A program made the translations under genes and the position numbers. DNA of 64,000 nucleotides from Sedimentisphaerales bacterium (GTDB lineage Bacteria; Planctomycetota; Phycisphaerae; Sedimentisphaerales; SM23-30), in assembly GCA_963663965.2 (NCBI GenBank), contig CAXXFK010000032.1:64001-128000 (forward strand), in the 5' to 3' direction. This document shows, in pieces, positions 40,096-49,511 of the stretch; within the stretch, counting starts at the first letter, position 1, and every line of letters begins with the position of its first letter. The notes under the pieces were generated by a model, which made no database searches, was not told where the DNA came from, and was given only the letters and a program-made list of their open reading frames with translations.

Positions 40096-42321
40096 TCAGT
40101 CCAGACCTCCAACGCACAACACCCGAAAACCTAAATCGCGGCAGACAGGGATGATCCAGTAGCGATTGGCGGTGCGGCAGCTGATTTCACCATTGTTCCA
40201 ACTGCCGCCGCGCAGAACACGGCGGGCGCCACTGGTCGGCCCAATTGGATCACTAGCTGGACTTTTACTGTAATAATTCTCATCATACCAGTCCAGACAC
40301 CATTCCCATACATTGCCATGCATATCATATAATCCCCAGCCATTCGACTGCTTCTGGCCCACTGGATGAGTCTTACCACCACTATTGTCATCATACCAGG
40401 CATAATTACCCAACTGGCTCACGCTATCACCAAAACTATAGTCTGTTTTCGTTCCAGCCCTACAGGCATATTCCCATTGCGCTTCCGTTGGCAAAGTATA
40501 AGTCTTTCCTTCCAACTCACCTAACTTCTTACAAAATGCCATGGCATCTTCCCAACTCACACTCTCCACCGGATTGTTATCACCTTTAAAACTACTGGGA
40601 TTCGTCCCCATCACTTTTTCATATTGGGCCTGGGTCACTTCATACTGTCCCAGCCAGAAGCCCTTCGTAATCTTCACCTGATGAACCGGCTTCACATTAC
40701 CCTTTCCATTATGACTCCCCATCATAAACTCACCCGGCCCGATCCACACCAGTTTCATGCCGATACGATTGGTCATCAAATCACCCGGTTCGGGCCCATA
40801 GTATCCAGCAATTTTCTTATATAATGACAACGCCTCTAAATGTCCCGGTTCCAATTTTAAAAGTTCATCCAGCGCCTTAAGGGCCTCTCTTCCATCAGTC
40901 TTATTATCCTTAGCGCGCGCCAAAATTAACAGCCTGTCAATCTTTTGACGAACAATAATTTTTTGCGGCCGCTGGATTCTTTTCGTTTTCTCTTCTATCG
41001 CGTCCAGCATGCGGCTCAATCGCCTGGCCGGCTGACTGCCATTGGCCACGCCGGCAATGGCGGCTGATATCTCCCGGTCTTTATCATCCAGATAGTCAGC
41101 CGCTTCTTGCCGGGCCTTCACCATTGCCTCGGCAAATTGATAGTCTTCCAGTCCAAGCTCTTCATCCAGGTACATCTCCCATAACGCTTTCAGATCAATA
41201 AAGACACCAGACTGACCGGTTCCAGATGAACTTGATTGCGCCTCGATCTGAAAATCCCGCCAGTATTGACGCGCCTTTTCGAGATCTTCACCACTCAGGC
41301 CGACCGCGATCGCCAGCGGCATCCGTCGCGCGTTTTCTGACGCGTCCAGTCGCGGTTGCGGGATATGCTCCCAGGCCACGGAGGGCTTGTTGCGGACTAT
41401 CCAGCGGCGCACGCCATCAGCCACATATTGATTCAAGGTGCCCACTGTGACAAAGCCGCCTTCATCCGCCTTCGCCTGTCCGCGTAAACCCTGCAATAAA
41501 AAATGGGTAAATACCCCATAACCGCTGTCGGGGTCTTCATAACTGAGTTGACCAATGCCGCAACTGGTCAGGGTAATCTGGCCCCGCCCGGCGGCAAAGG
41601 CTTTCATAAAGGCTTCACTCATCGCCGGCCCGGCGCCACCCGACTTGCTGCGGCCCACCCGTTCCCGGCAGGCGTCCAGAATAACCATCTTCTTGCCCGC
41701 CCTGGATTCACTGATGGTATCGGTCAATATCTTGGAACGCAGGGCCGTATCGCTCAGATAGGCGCGCAGACCATCGGACGGCATGATATAAATGCTGTTA
41801 TCATCTTCAAAGCCATGTGAACTGACTGATACGATTACCAGGTCTTCACCGGATACCGGCATGCGGGTGGCAATAATCAGTCCATTCAGGATATCGCTTT
41901 TAGCCGCGTTTTTCAATTCCGCGCCGGCAGCTTTCAATCGCCGCAACTGCTCTACGGCAACCGGCAGGGTTGGCTGACCGGACAGACACAAAATACAGTT
42001 ATTGGCCGGAATCAGTTTCAGCTCTTCTACGAAAAGATACGCCTGACTGACCGCGTCATTCACCGCGCAATTTAATGAGGCCAGACTCGAATCTTTGGTA
42101 AATTCATTAACTCCGACAAATAGTCCGGCGCTATTACTCCTGGCCAGTGGAGTAACAGCCTGGAGTTCATTTTTTGGTAATTCCACTACCATGAGTGCTT
42201 TGGATCGATCTGACTCTGTATCGGCATTCACAGCGAATAGAAGCCAATGATTCAGTATCAACAATGCTGCTGCAAACCATAATTTCTGAGATCGCATATC
42301 ACTACTCCATATCCATCCCAT
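40096..42321 (-). CDS. exported caspase-like (peptidase C14) protein with C-terminal FGE-sulfatase domain
   Basis: Signal peptide; SVSSHG and ILDACR catalytic dyad; GVFTHFLLQGLRG; LPTEAQWEYACRAG, LYDMHGNVWEW, RGGSW, GFRV. Confidence 0.9.
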   Translation of the reverse strand: MGWIWSSDMRSQKLWFAAALLILNHWLLFAVNADTESDRSKALMVVELPKNELQAVTPLARSNSAGLFVGVNEFTKDSSLASLNCAVNDAVSQAYLFVEELKLIPANNCILCLSGQPTLPVAVEQLRRLKAAGAELKNAAKSDILNGLIIATRMPVSGEDLVIVSVSSHGFEDDNSIYIMPSDGLRAYLSDTALRSKILTDTISESRAGKKMVILDACRERVGRSKSGGAGPAMSEAFMKAFAAGRGQITLTSCGIGQLSYEDPDSGYGVFTHFLLQGLRGQAKADEGGFVTVGTLNQYVADGVRRWIVRNKPSVAWEHIPQPRLDASENARRMPLAIAVGLSGEDLEKARQYWRDFQIEAQSSSSGTGQSGVFIDLKALWEMYLDEELGLEDYQFAEAMVKARQEAADYLDDKDREISAAIAGVANGSQPARRLSRMLDAIEEKTKRIQRPQKIIVRQKIDRLLILARAKDNKTDGREALKALDELLKLEPGHLEALSLYKKIAGYYGPEPGDLMTNRIGMKLVWIGPGEFMMGSHNGKGNVKPVHQVKITKGFWLGQYEVTQAQYEKVMGTNPSSFKGDNNPVESVSWEDAMAFCKKLGELEGKTYTLPTEAQWEYACRAGTKTDYSFGDSVSQLGNYAWYDDNSGGKTHPVGQKQSNGWGLYDMHGNVWEWCLDWYDENYYSKSPASDPIGPTSGARRVLRGGSWNNGEISCRTANRYWIIPVCRDLGFRVLCVGGLD

Positions 42322-42351
42322 CAGTCTGGGACACCTCGATAACGTGACAGC

Positions 42352-42981
42352 CTAAACGCCTTCTTCCTTCTCCATCTCCTCCTCCACCTTAAACACCTTC
42401 TTCTCAATATCATCCCACGCCCGCTCATCCAGTTCCTGGCCGCCCGCCTCTTCCATCGCCGCCATAATCTTTTCGATCTCCGGATCGACTGTTTCCACTT
42501 CGCTATCCCCTTCACCCAATATATCCAGCAGCCGCCGGCTCTGCGCGTCCCCCTGCTTGCTCTTCACCTTGACATCCAGCATGAATTTCTCCAGCGCCTC
42601 CGGCTCCACCGAACTGATCATCCCCCATAGCCCCTCGCTCTTGAGCAGGTTCTCCCGCTTCTTGATCTGCAACAGTTTCCCCGTCACCATAATCTGCCGG
42701 CTGACAATTGTATTAGCCTTCAACACATCCTTCACCTCATCATCCACCTGCTTGATCTGAATCGCCATCGACTGCCGTTCGATCGTACTGGTTTTCTTGC
42801 GCCCCTCCTCAAACAACGCCCGTTTCTTCGCCTCCAATTCCCGTACCTCCTTGATAAACCCATCCTGAACGGTTTGTAACCGGATCTTCTCATTCTCCAG
42901 CTCATTCGTACTCAGCTTCTCGATCGCAACCAGTTTCCGGTTCCCGCCAAACAATCCCGCTAATTTATTCAACATGTTCAT
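42352..42981 (-). CDS. second ESCRT-III-like helical protein
   Basis: ~209 aa; N-terminal amphipathic MLNKLAGLFGG; long helical hairpin; acidic tail (DSEVETVDPEIEKIM...WDDIEKKV). ATG 42981 follows a GAAGGA RBS (ORF track start 43029). Confidence 0.55.
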   Translation of the reverse strand: MNMLNKLAGLFGGNRKLVAIEKLSTNELENEKIRLQTVQDGFIKEVRELEAKKRALFEEGRKKTSTIERQSMAIQIKQVDDEVKDVLKANTIVSRQIMVTGKLLQIKKRENLLKSEGLWGMISSVEPEALEKFMLDVKVKSKQGDAQSRRLLDILGEGDSEVETVDPEIEKIMAAMEEAGGQELDERAWDDIEKKVFKVEEEMEKEEGV

Positions 42982-43039
42982 AACGCATTCCTTCGTCATC
43001 TGGTTTATGATTAATGTAGTTGTAACCATTTAAACACTA

Positions 43040-43801
43040 TCACCCTTCCACCCTCCGCTTAATCACCATCCCCACCTCCTTAATCTTCACTACCGTCAAC
43101 CGGTGATCCTCCTCCGCCAGCTTCCGCGCCACTTTTTCCACCAGCCCAGACTCCCAGTAATGCTCCAGCGCCAGCTGTTCCAACCCGGCAAACTCCCTCA
43201 CCCGCAATTCATGAACCATCGCGTCACGACAGGCCGCCTCCCGCTCCTGCCGGGTTAAACCCGAAAAGATCGGTACATGACGCAGTATCAGTTCCTGTTT
43301 CCTATCCCAGACCAGCGAGGTAATGTCCGGCCCGATCAATATCGGCAGCACCCGTCCTCCCGGCCAGCCGCTGCCCGGCGGATCGTTAACCACATAATCC
43401 CGCGCGCCCTGATTCCACCCCGTCGGGCTATACAATCCCAGTATCAACGCCTCATTCGCCATTCCCAATGACTGCTCCCGTTCCTTTAATAATGTATGTA
43501 AATCACCCTGGCCCATCGGCTCATCATACCCACCATCAGCCACCAGCAGGTCATACCTCAACACCACCTTCCCAGCCAATTGTACCCCCGGCAGACTCTC
43601 CCCAAACAGTTTCTTTACCGGCGCCAGCCGTAATCCCAACTCTTTCCCCAAAGGGTAACGCGCACATAACTCATTACGCAGCAACTGGTTATTCGTCAGT
43701 TTGCGTAAAATAGCGATCCCATCCCCCTCCCGTAACTGGATTCCACCGGCCAGATCAGACAGATTCGCCCGCAACCGGCTGATAAACTGCTCTTCCTTCA
43801 A
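43040..43801 (-). CDS. hypothetical protein: alpha/beta (restriction-endonuclease-like) domain + C-terminal winged helix
   Basis: LILGLYSPTGWNQGARDYV; C-terminal helix-FAGLEQLALE-helix(SGLVEKVARKL)-beta hairpin (LTVVKIKEVGMVIKR). First gene of the cluster. Confidence 0.55.
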   Translation of the reverse strand: MKEEQFISRLRANLSDLAGGIQLREGDGIAILRKLTNNQLLRNELCARYPLGKELGLRLAPVKKLFGESLPGVQLAGKVVLRYDLLVADGGYDEPMGQGDLHTLLKEREQSLGMANEALILGLYSPTGWNQGARDYVVNDPPGSGWPGGRVLPILIGPDITSLVWDRKQELILRHVPIFSGLTRQEREAACRDAMVHELRVREFAGLEQLALEHYWESGLVEKVARKLAEEDHRLTVVKIKEVGMVIKRRVEG

Positions 43802-44238
43802 TTTGAATAGCTCAGTATCCAGTTTAATATATCCTTATCAATTAAATTGTTTCATGTTTTCTGCACAAAGAGCGCTGGTCTTCAATCAAACCAGCTATTT
43901 CCCCTTTTTCCATCCTTATCTATTCACTTCTCGATCACCAATCTTGCCAATCATTTCTCCCACTCTCCTGAATCCAGCTCCCTTAAACCGAGCAAAAATA
44001 TTCATAATGTACTTTAATTAAATGTCTTACATATTTCATATATTCACTGTTTCTCTATGACCGCTTGTTCGTCATTTACCTAAATTTGCCTTCTTTTCTT
44101 AATTTTACACCCATTTCTAAAAAAAGCAATAAAAATGTTGTATTTCATTATATGACATAAATTGCCCAATTATAACACTTTAATTCTCTCTAATACTCCC
44201 ATATGGAAACAAAAGGTAATAAAATCCAATAAAAACAT

Positions 44239-44266
44239 TTGCATTCCCGCTTCGCCGTGTCATAAT
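44239..44266 (+). promoter_or_regulatory. putative sigma70-type promoter of the divergent operon
   Basis: TTGCAT-16 nt-CATAAT with extended -10 TG, in an AT-rich divergent spacer. Confidence 0.4.
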
Positions 44267-44320
44267 AGCTATAGTGAAAAAATTAATTTCTTTTAAAACC
44301 CTTTTAATGGAGGTATCGCA

Positions 44321-45028
44321 ATGAAAACCAAAGTAACAATCCTGGCAGCAATCGCATCCAGCCTGATGGTGTTTCTGCTCGCCGGATGCGGTTCAAAACC
44401 CGCATCTAAAACCCAGACAACCGTTTTGCCCTCCGACGACCAGGCATCGTTAATGATGGCCGAGGGCATGATCCGCGAATCGCTGTTCGACAGCGCTCTG
44501 GCCGAGTTAAACAAGGTCACCAATAAGTCCGGTAGCAATTACCACTATCTGGTGGCCCAGTGCTATCTCGGTCAGGACAATACCGCCGAGGCCTACACCC
44601 ATATCGAACAGGCCCTGCAGAATAATCCCAACAGTTACCGGAATCTGTCAGTATTGGGCCAGATCCGGTTCCTGCAAAAACAGTACCCCCAAAGTGCTGA
44701 AGCCTATCGCCAGGCGCTCAATTATGCCGCCAATGATGAAGTTCGCAGCCAGTTGCAGTACAACCTGGCCATGACCTGCATGGCGGCCGGCCAGTTTACC
44801 CGCGCCGATGAACACTTTCAGGAGTACCTCAAGCATCAGAACTACGTCACCAACGATGACAAAATGACTGCCGGCGCCATCGCCTACGCCGTGGGCGACC
44901 ATAAACGCGCCTTTAATTACTGGAAAGACCTTTCCACCGATGACAAAAACAAAATCCTCGTCTCCGTACAAAGTGAATCCGAACAATATCAGAATCTCGT
45001 AACCTCCAGTGAAGTAGAAAGGTGGTAA
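44321..45028 (+). CDS. TPR lipoprotein
   Basis: GGAGG RBS, lipobox LLAGC, several TPRs. Confidence 0.85.
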   Translation: MKTKVTILAAIASSLMVFLLAGCGSKPASKTQTTVLPSDDQASLMMAEGMIRESLFDSALAELNKVTNKSGSNYHYLVAQCYLGQDNTAEAYTHIEQALQNNPNSYRNLSVLGQIRFLQKQYPQSAEAYRQALNYAANDEVRSQLQYNLAMTCMAAGQFTRADEHFQEYLKHQNYVTNDDKMTAGAIAYAVGDHKRAFNYWKDLSTDDKNKILVSVQSESEQYQNLVTSSEVERW

Positions 45029-45033
45029 TCACT

Positions 45034-46023
45034 ATGAAACGCTCAATAACAATTCTCACACTCGTTATCTCTGTAATCGCTCCGACCGCTCTGTTCGCGC
45101 AGTCGACAGTTGAAGGAACCGGCTACCTGCCCAAATTCGAACCCAAAAGCAACATGAAAGTTTTGGAGGAAAACCTCAAAAAGACCGGCGAACTGGCGGA
45201 CCTGCTCAAAAATGGCAACGACGAACTCAGCGAAGCCGTTAAACAGTACAAAGACAACCGCCAGCCGGATACCAAGGCCCGCGTCTACAACCTCCTGGGA
45301 GAATTAGCCAATAAAACCGTCACTCAGATCGACAACATTGTTTCCAACAAAGACCGCATGAAAGACGGCATGCTCGAAATGAACTATAAAATGGCCAAAA
45401 TCAAGGCCTCGCTGGATGAACGCAACAACGCCTTCTCCCAGCACGACAAAACCATCCACCAGGAAGCGGACGAACTGAAGAAAGAAATGCAGGATCTGGC
45501 CCGTCAAATCAAAAATGATCCGGAAAACCAGGAACTCCGCTTCCAGTTCCGCAGCAAACTGATCAAACTCTACCACCTGGACAAACGCTTGAAAACCATC
45601 CAGGCCCACAAACGCCTGAATACTACTTTCGGCGAACAACTGGCCAAGATCGACACCTTCTTCCGTGACATGAATCAGAACATGGATCATTTCGTGATGA
45701 ACCTGAAAATCCAGAAGCAATCGCTTATCGAAGAAATCAAACTGATCCAGTATTCCGCCGAACTCAATGACTGGCTGCTGGCCCAGACCGGTGACAGTCA
45801 ATCGGCCTTCGCCATGATCGGCAAAATCAAGGACCTGAGTTCCGCTCTGAAACAGTTTGAAGTCGCCACCGACGCCATGATCTGCATGGATGACATGAAT
45901 GAAATCATCCAGACCCTTCCCGATGTCAGCGATCTGCTGGGTGAATCCAGCGGTCTCAACCTCAATGATCTGGATAAAATGATCGATACTTTCGCCAATA
46001 TGGATGTCACTGCCAGCAAATAA
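45034..46023 (+). CDS. exported coiled-coil protein
   Basis: Signal peptide ending ALFA-Q; continuous heptad-like K/E/L/M-rich sequence. Confidence 0.75.
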   Translation: MKRSITILTLVISVIAPTALFAQSTVEGTGYLPKFEPKSNMKVLEENLKKTGELADLLKNGNDELSEAVKQYKDNRQPDTKARVYNLLGELANKTVTQIDNIVSNKDRMKDGMLEMNYKMAKIKASLDERNNAFSQHDKTIHQEADELKKEMQDLARQIKNDPENQELRFQFRSKLIKLYHLDKRLKTIQAHKRLNTTFGEQLAKIDTFFRDMNQNMDHFVMNLKIQKQSLIEEIKLIQYSAELNDWLLAQTGDSQSAFAMIGKIKDLSSALKQFEVATDAMICMDDMNEIIQTLPDVSDLLGESSGLNLNDLDKMIDTFANMDVTASK

Positions 46024-46061
46024 TGATAGTAATATTAACCTACCTTCTCAAGGAGATAGCC

Positions 46062-46727
46062 ATGAAAAAATTCAATACCTTAATCGTTCTGATCGTAACC
46101 CTCGCCGGCATCGGCGCGTTGCAGGCCCAGGAAACCCAATCCGGCTCGCTTATTCCCGAACTCAATAAGACGAATAACGGCGAAACGTCACTGACCAATG
46201 CCATTGAACCAATTCAACAATATTATCAACAACTCGGTTGAAGGCGAATACGACAGCCTCAAACAGAATAACGAGTACAACAAACAACGGATCGTCGAAC
46301 TGCAAAAACAAATCGAACTCAAAAACAAAGAGCTCGAAATGATCCCTCAGATCGTCAGCCGCCAGTTTGATGAACTCATGCAGCTGTACGCCAACGCTTC
46401 TCAAAAAGAAAAGAACAAGGCCGCCGAAGACCTGCACCAGCGCTGGCAGATGCGTGAAAAAGAAATCCAGACGGAACTGAAAATGCTCAACGAACAATTG
46501 TCGCTCGCCCAGACTCGCGAAATCGATTCCAACCAGGAAATGGCCCAGATCCGGATCAAGTCAGCCATTGAGAAATATCAAACCTGAACATCCCGGAAGA
46601 ACCGGCCGCGAAACCCGGCCCCGCCGGCCCCAACGAGCCCTATCAGATACTCATGGATATGTCTACCCGGCGTAAACTCGCCCAGATCCAGATGTTCTGT
46701 CCCATCAAAGTCAAAACCATTCTCTGA
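46062..46727 (+). CDS. exported coiled-coil protein, two apparent frameshifts
   Basis: AGGAG RBS, signal peptide ending ALQA-Q; ORFs 46023-46241 and 46198-46587 plus a tail ending TGA at 46727. Confidence 0.6.
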
Positions 46728-46764
46728 TTATTGCAAATTCTCGCCCAGGAAAGGATATGGTATC

Positions 46765-47346
46765 ATGAAAACGCTACTTACACTCACAGGCAACATCGAT
46801 CCGATTATGGCAGCCCTCTTTCTCTTGTCGGTTATTTGCCTGGCGGCAATTCTGGATCGATTCCTCTTTTGGCTCTGCTCAGGACTTCGTTATCGTCGCA
46901 TCGATACGGAATTGTTTGGCCCCACTGAACCCGGCCGCCGCCTCTTATTGCAGCGTCTGCAAAACCGTAGGAACCTCCATTTCACTGAAGCGGTTATGGT
47001 GGCCGGGCTTCAGGAGCCCCATAGTGTAAGTCGTCTTCATCAGGCTGCGGGAGAACAGATCGAGTTGATGTCCAGGCGACTGGGCACGCTCGATCTGATC
47101 GCCCGTATCGCCCCCCTCGTCGGGATTCTCGGCACCGTCGTCGGCATGTCCCGCAGCTTCGGCGGCATCAGCGCCATTGTCACAGCCTCTCCCGACGCCA
47201 TCAGCCAGGGCATCAGCCTGGCCCTGCGTACCACTGCCTGCGGCCTGGTTATCAGCCTGGCAGCCACCATTGCCGCGGTCACCTTCCGCAAAAAAATCCG
47301 TCAGGCCTCGCTGGATATGGGGAGGATTATCTGTGAATTCGAATAA
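46765..47346 (+). CDS. exbB: MotA/TolQ/ExbB proton-channel protein
   Basis: APLVGILGTVVGM..SF...GISLALRTTACGL. Confidence 0.9.
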   Translation: MKTLLTLTGNIDPIMAALFLLSVICLAAILDRFLFWLCSGLRYRRIDTELFGPTEPGRRLLLQRLQNRRNLHFTEAVMVAGLQEPHSVSRLHQAAGEQIELMSRRLGTLDLIARIAPLVGILGTVVGMSRSFGGISAIVTASPDAISQGISLALRTTACGLVISLAATIAAVTFRKKIRQASLDMGRIICEFE

Positions 47347-47824
47347 TTCCAATCCGACTTTCGTACCGTTTGGCGCAAACCTCGCCGATAATACGGCCTC
47401 GGCGGATCTCACCCCGATGCTCGACACGATCTTCCTGATCATCCTGCTGCTCTTGTCGACCCTGATCAACAGCACCATCGTCAGGGGATTCGAAGTGAGC
47501 CTGCCCGCCGTCAACGGAGAAATGGCTGTCCAGAAAGAACAGGACCGCATCGAAATCTCCGTGGATCAGACCGGCCAGGTCTATATCGGCAAAGAGATCA
47601 TTTCACCCAATGCACTGGCCACAACGCTGTCTGATCAAGCCCGGCAATCACCCGATGCCCGCATCTTCCTGCGGGCCGACGATTCAGCCAACTATGGCCG
47701 TGTCGCCCAGGTTCTCAACCTGATCTCCAGACACATGCCGGGCCATCCGCTTGTTATTATCGCCGAACAGGCCGCCCATCCAACCGCCACTACCCAACCC
47801 CGAAAGGAGTCCGATCAATCATGA
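47333..47824 (+). CDS. exbD: ExbD/TolR family protein
   Basis: DLTPMLDTIFLIILLLL, VSLP, IFLRAD..ANYGRV; GTG start after GGGAGG. Confidence 0.88.
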   Translation: MNSNNSNPTFVPFGANLADNTASADLTPMLDTIFLIILLLLSTLINSTIVRGFEVSLPAVNGEMAVQKEQDRIEISVDQTGQVYIGKEIISPNALATTLSDQARQSPDARIFLRADDSANYGRVAQVLNLISRHMPGHPLVIIAEQAAHPTATTQPRKESDQS

Positions 47825-48847
47825 AAACTCGATGGATCATATGTCTGATACTCTCATTAGCTGTACATGCCGGCTGGTTATTTTACCAGAACATTAAGAC
47901 CTCCCAGGCGCCCGACCAGTCTCTGGCCCAGTCTTTAGCCAAAATCCAGTTGCTCATGCAAACCATACAACAGCAAGCCGAACCGCCGGCCCCAATCGAA
48001 TCCAATGCTCCGGAAGAACCAACCCAGGCACAAAACGAACCACAACCCGAACTAACCCCCGAAATGGACACCGTCATTCCCGAAGAATTGAAATTCAAAC
48101 CCAATTTAGAGGAAGGAGCTCTCGCAGAAAATGAAACCGAACTACCCCAACCCATCGAACCAGAATCCGAATCCGTCGCATCCCAGCCAGAATCCCTCCA
48201 GCCAGCCGCCGAGGAACTTGTGGATCGAATACCGGCTGAAACAATCCGCCCGCAAACGAACGATAATCCTGAGGAACATCAGGTTTTTCGCCGACGATTG
48301 CTCCAGGACATGGACGAAAACTGGCAAAGCATTCCAGACCTTAATACAAAAATTCCGGACCTTGTTCAACTGCCTGATATCGACCGTCATTTCGGTATTG
48401 TTCTGATGGCCTACTGCTTTAAAGACCACAAACCCTCTGCGCCCTTCCTGGTCTTCGATCGTGAATCCGGGGCCTTCGTTCCCAACGATACCCTCGACTT
48501 CTCACGCTTTTCCAATCGCATGAAGGAACGATCCCTCACTCCCGATCAGCAGCAGCAGCTCCAGTGTCGGAAAGAAGCCAGCCAGATTACCTCGCTGACC
48601 AAAACCGTCCGGCTTGATCCCGGTCGAAACCGACCGCTATTTCGCCGGAAAACAGATCGCCGCCATCCGCCAGGCCGGTGTATCACTCGACAAAGTCGCC
48701 GCCACCAACGGCCACTACGAACTAAACTGCTCCGGCGGCTACAGCCTTATCATCGATACCGTGCATACGACCGATGGTCAATTAATCCCTGTCCAGGATG
48801 AAGAAGTCGTCTATTCCAAAGCGCAGTCCGTTTGCCAGAATATTTGA
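47821..48847 (+). CDS. TonB/TolA-like energy transducer with non-canonical C-terminal domain, one apparent frameshift
   Basis: TM anchor with SLAVH (SxxxH); Pro/Glu-rich linker; C-terminus continues in ORF 48614-48847. Confidence 0.7.
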
Positions 48848-48868
48848 TCTTTCTGAAAGGAGCTTACC

Positions 48869-49456
48869 ATGCCACGTTATGTCTATTATTTCGCCGCAAC
48901 GTTAGCCGTTTTGATCGCCCTGTTATTGATCACCGAAAGGTGCCCCGGTCAGTCCATACCCGCCACGGATAAACTGCATGCCGCCTTTCTGATCGAAGAC
49001 CACACTCCATCCGAAACGGTACTCGACAAAAACTACGACGACCAGTCACTGCTGCACCTTATGCAGGCTGAATCCCATCGCTTCAATCGGTATGACGTGC
49101 TTCCATTCCAACCCCTGCTGCTACAATACGACCGGGAACTGATTGACAACGCCGTGTTCGAACTTCTACTAACTGAAGATCTCGCCTACACCATAGACCG
49201 CCTGCGCCAGATGGACAACGACCGTTACCGCCTCTCTGAATTCTGCCGGCTCGCCCGCCAGAACCAGATCGACTGCCTGATCGTCATCACTCTCACCAAG
49301 GGCTCCAAAACAAATGAGTATCGCTGCGACTACCTCGATACCGCATCCACCCAGTGCGTCCGCTATGACACGGTCACCATGACCAGAAACGAATCTCAGG
49401 CCACCTTGTGCCGCCAACTGACTCGCACACTCTGGAAACTGGCGCCCAAAGAATAA
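48869..49456 (+). CDS. exported hypothetical protein
   Basis: AAGGAG RBS, N-terminal hydrophobic segment. Confidence 0.65.
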   Translation: MPRYVYYFAATLAVLIALLLITERCPGQSIPATDKLHAAFLIEDHTPSETVLDKNYDDQSLLHLMQAESHRFNRYDVLPFQPLLLQYDRELIDNAVFELLLTEDLAYTIDRLRQMDNDRYRLSEFCRLARQNQIDCLIVITLTKGSKTNEYRCDYLDTASTQCVRYDTVTMTRNESQATLCRQLTRTLWKLAPKE

Positions 49457-49511
49457 CCCCCCGGCCACGTGAAAGTTCACGTGGCCCTTCTGGTTCAGGC
49501 GCCGGGCCCGC

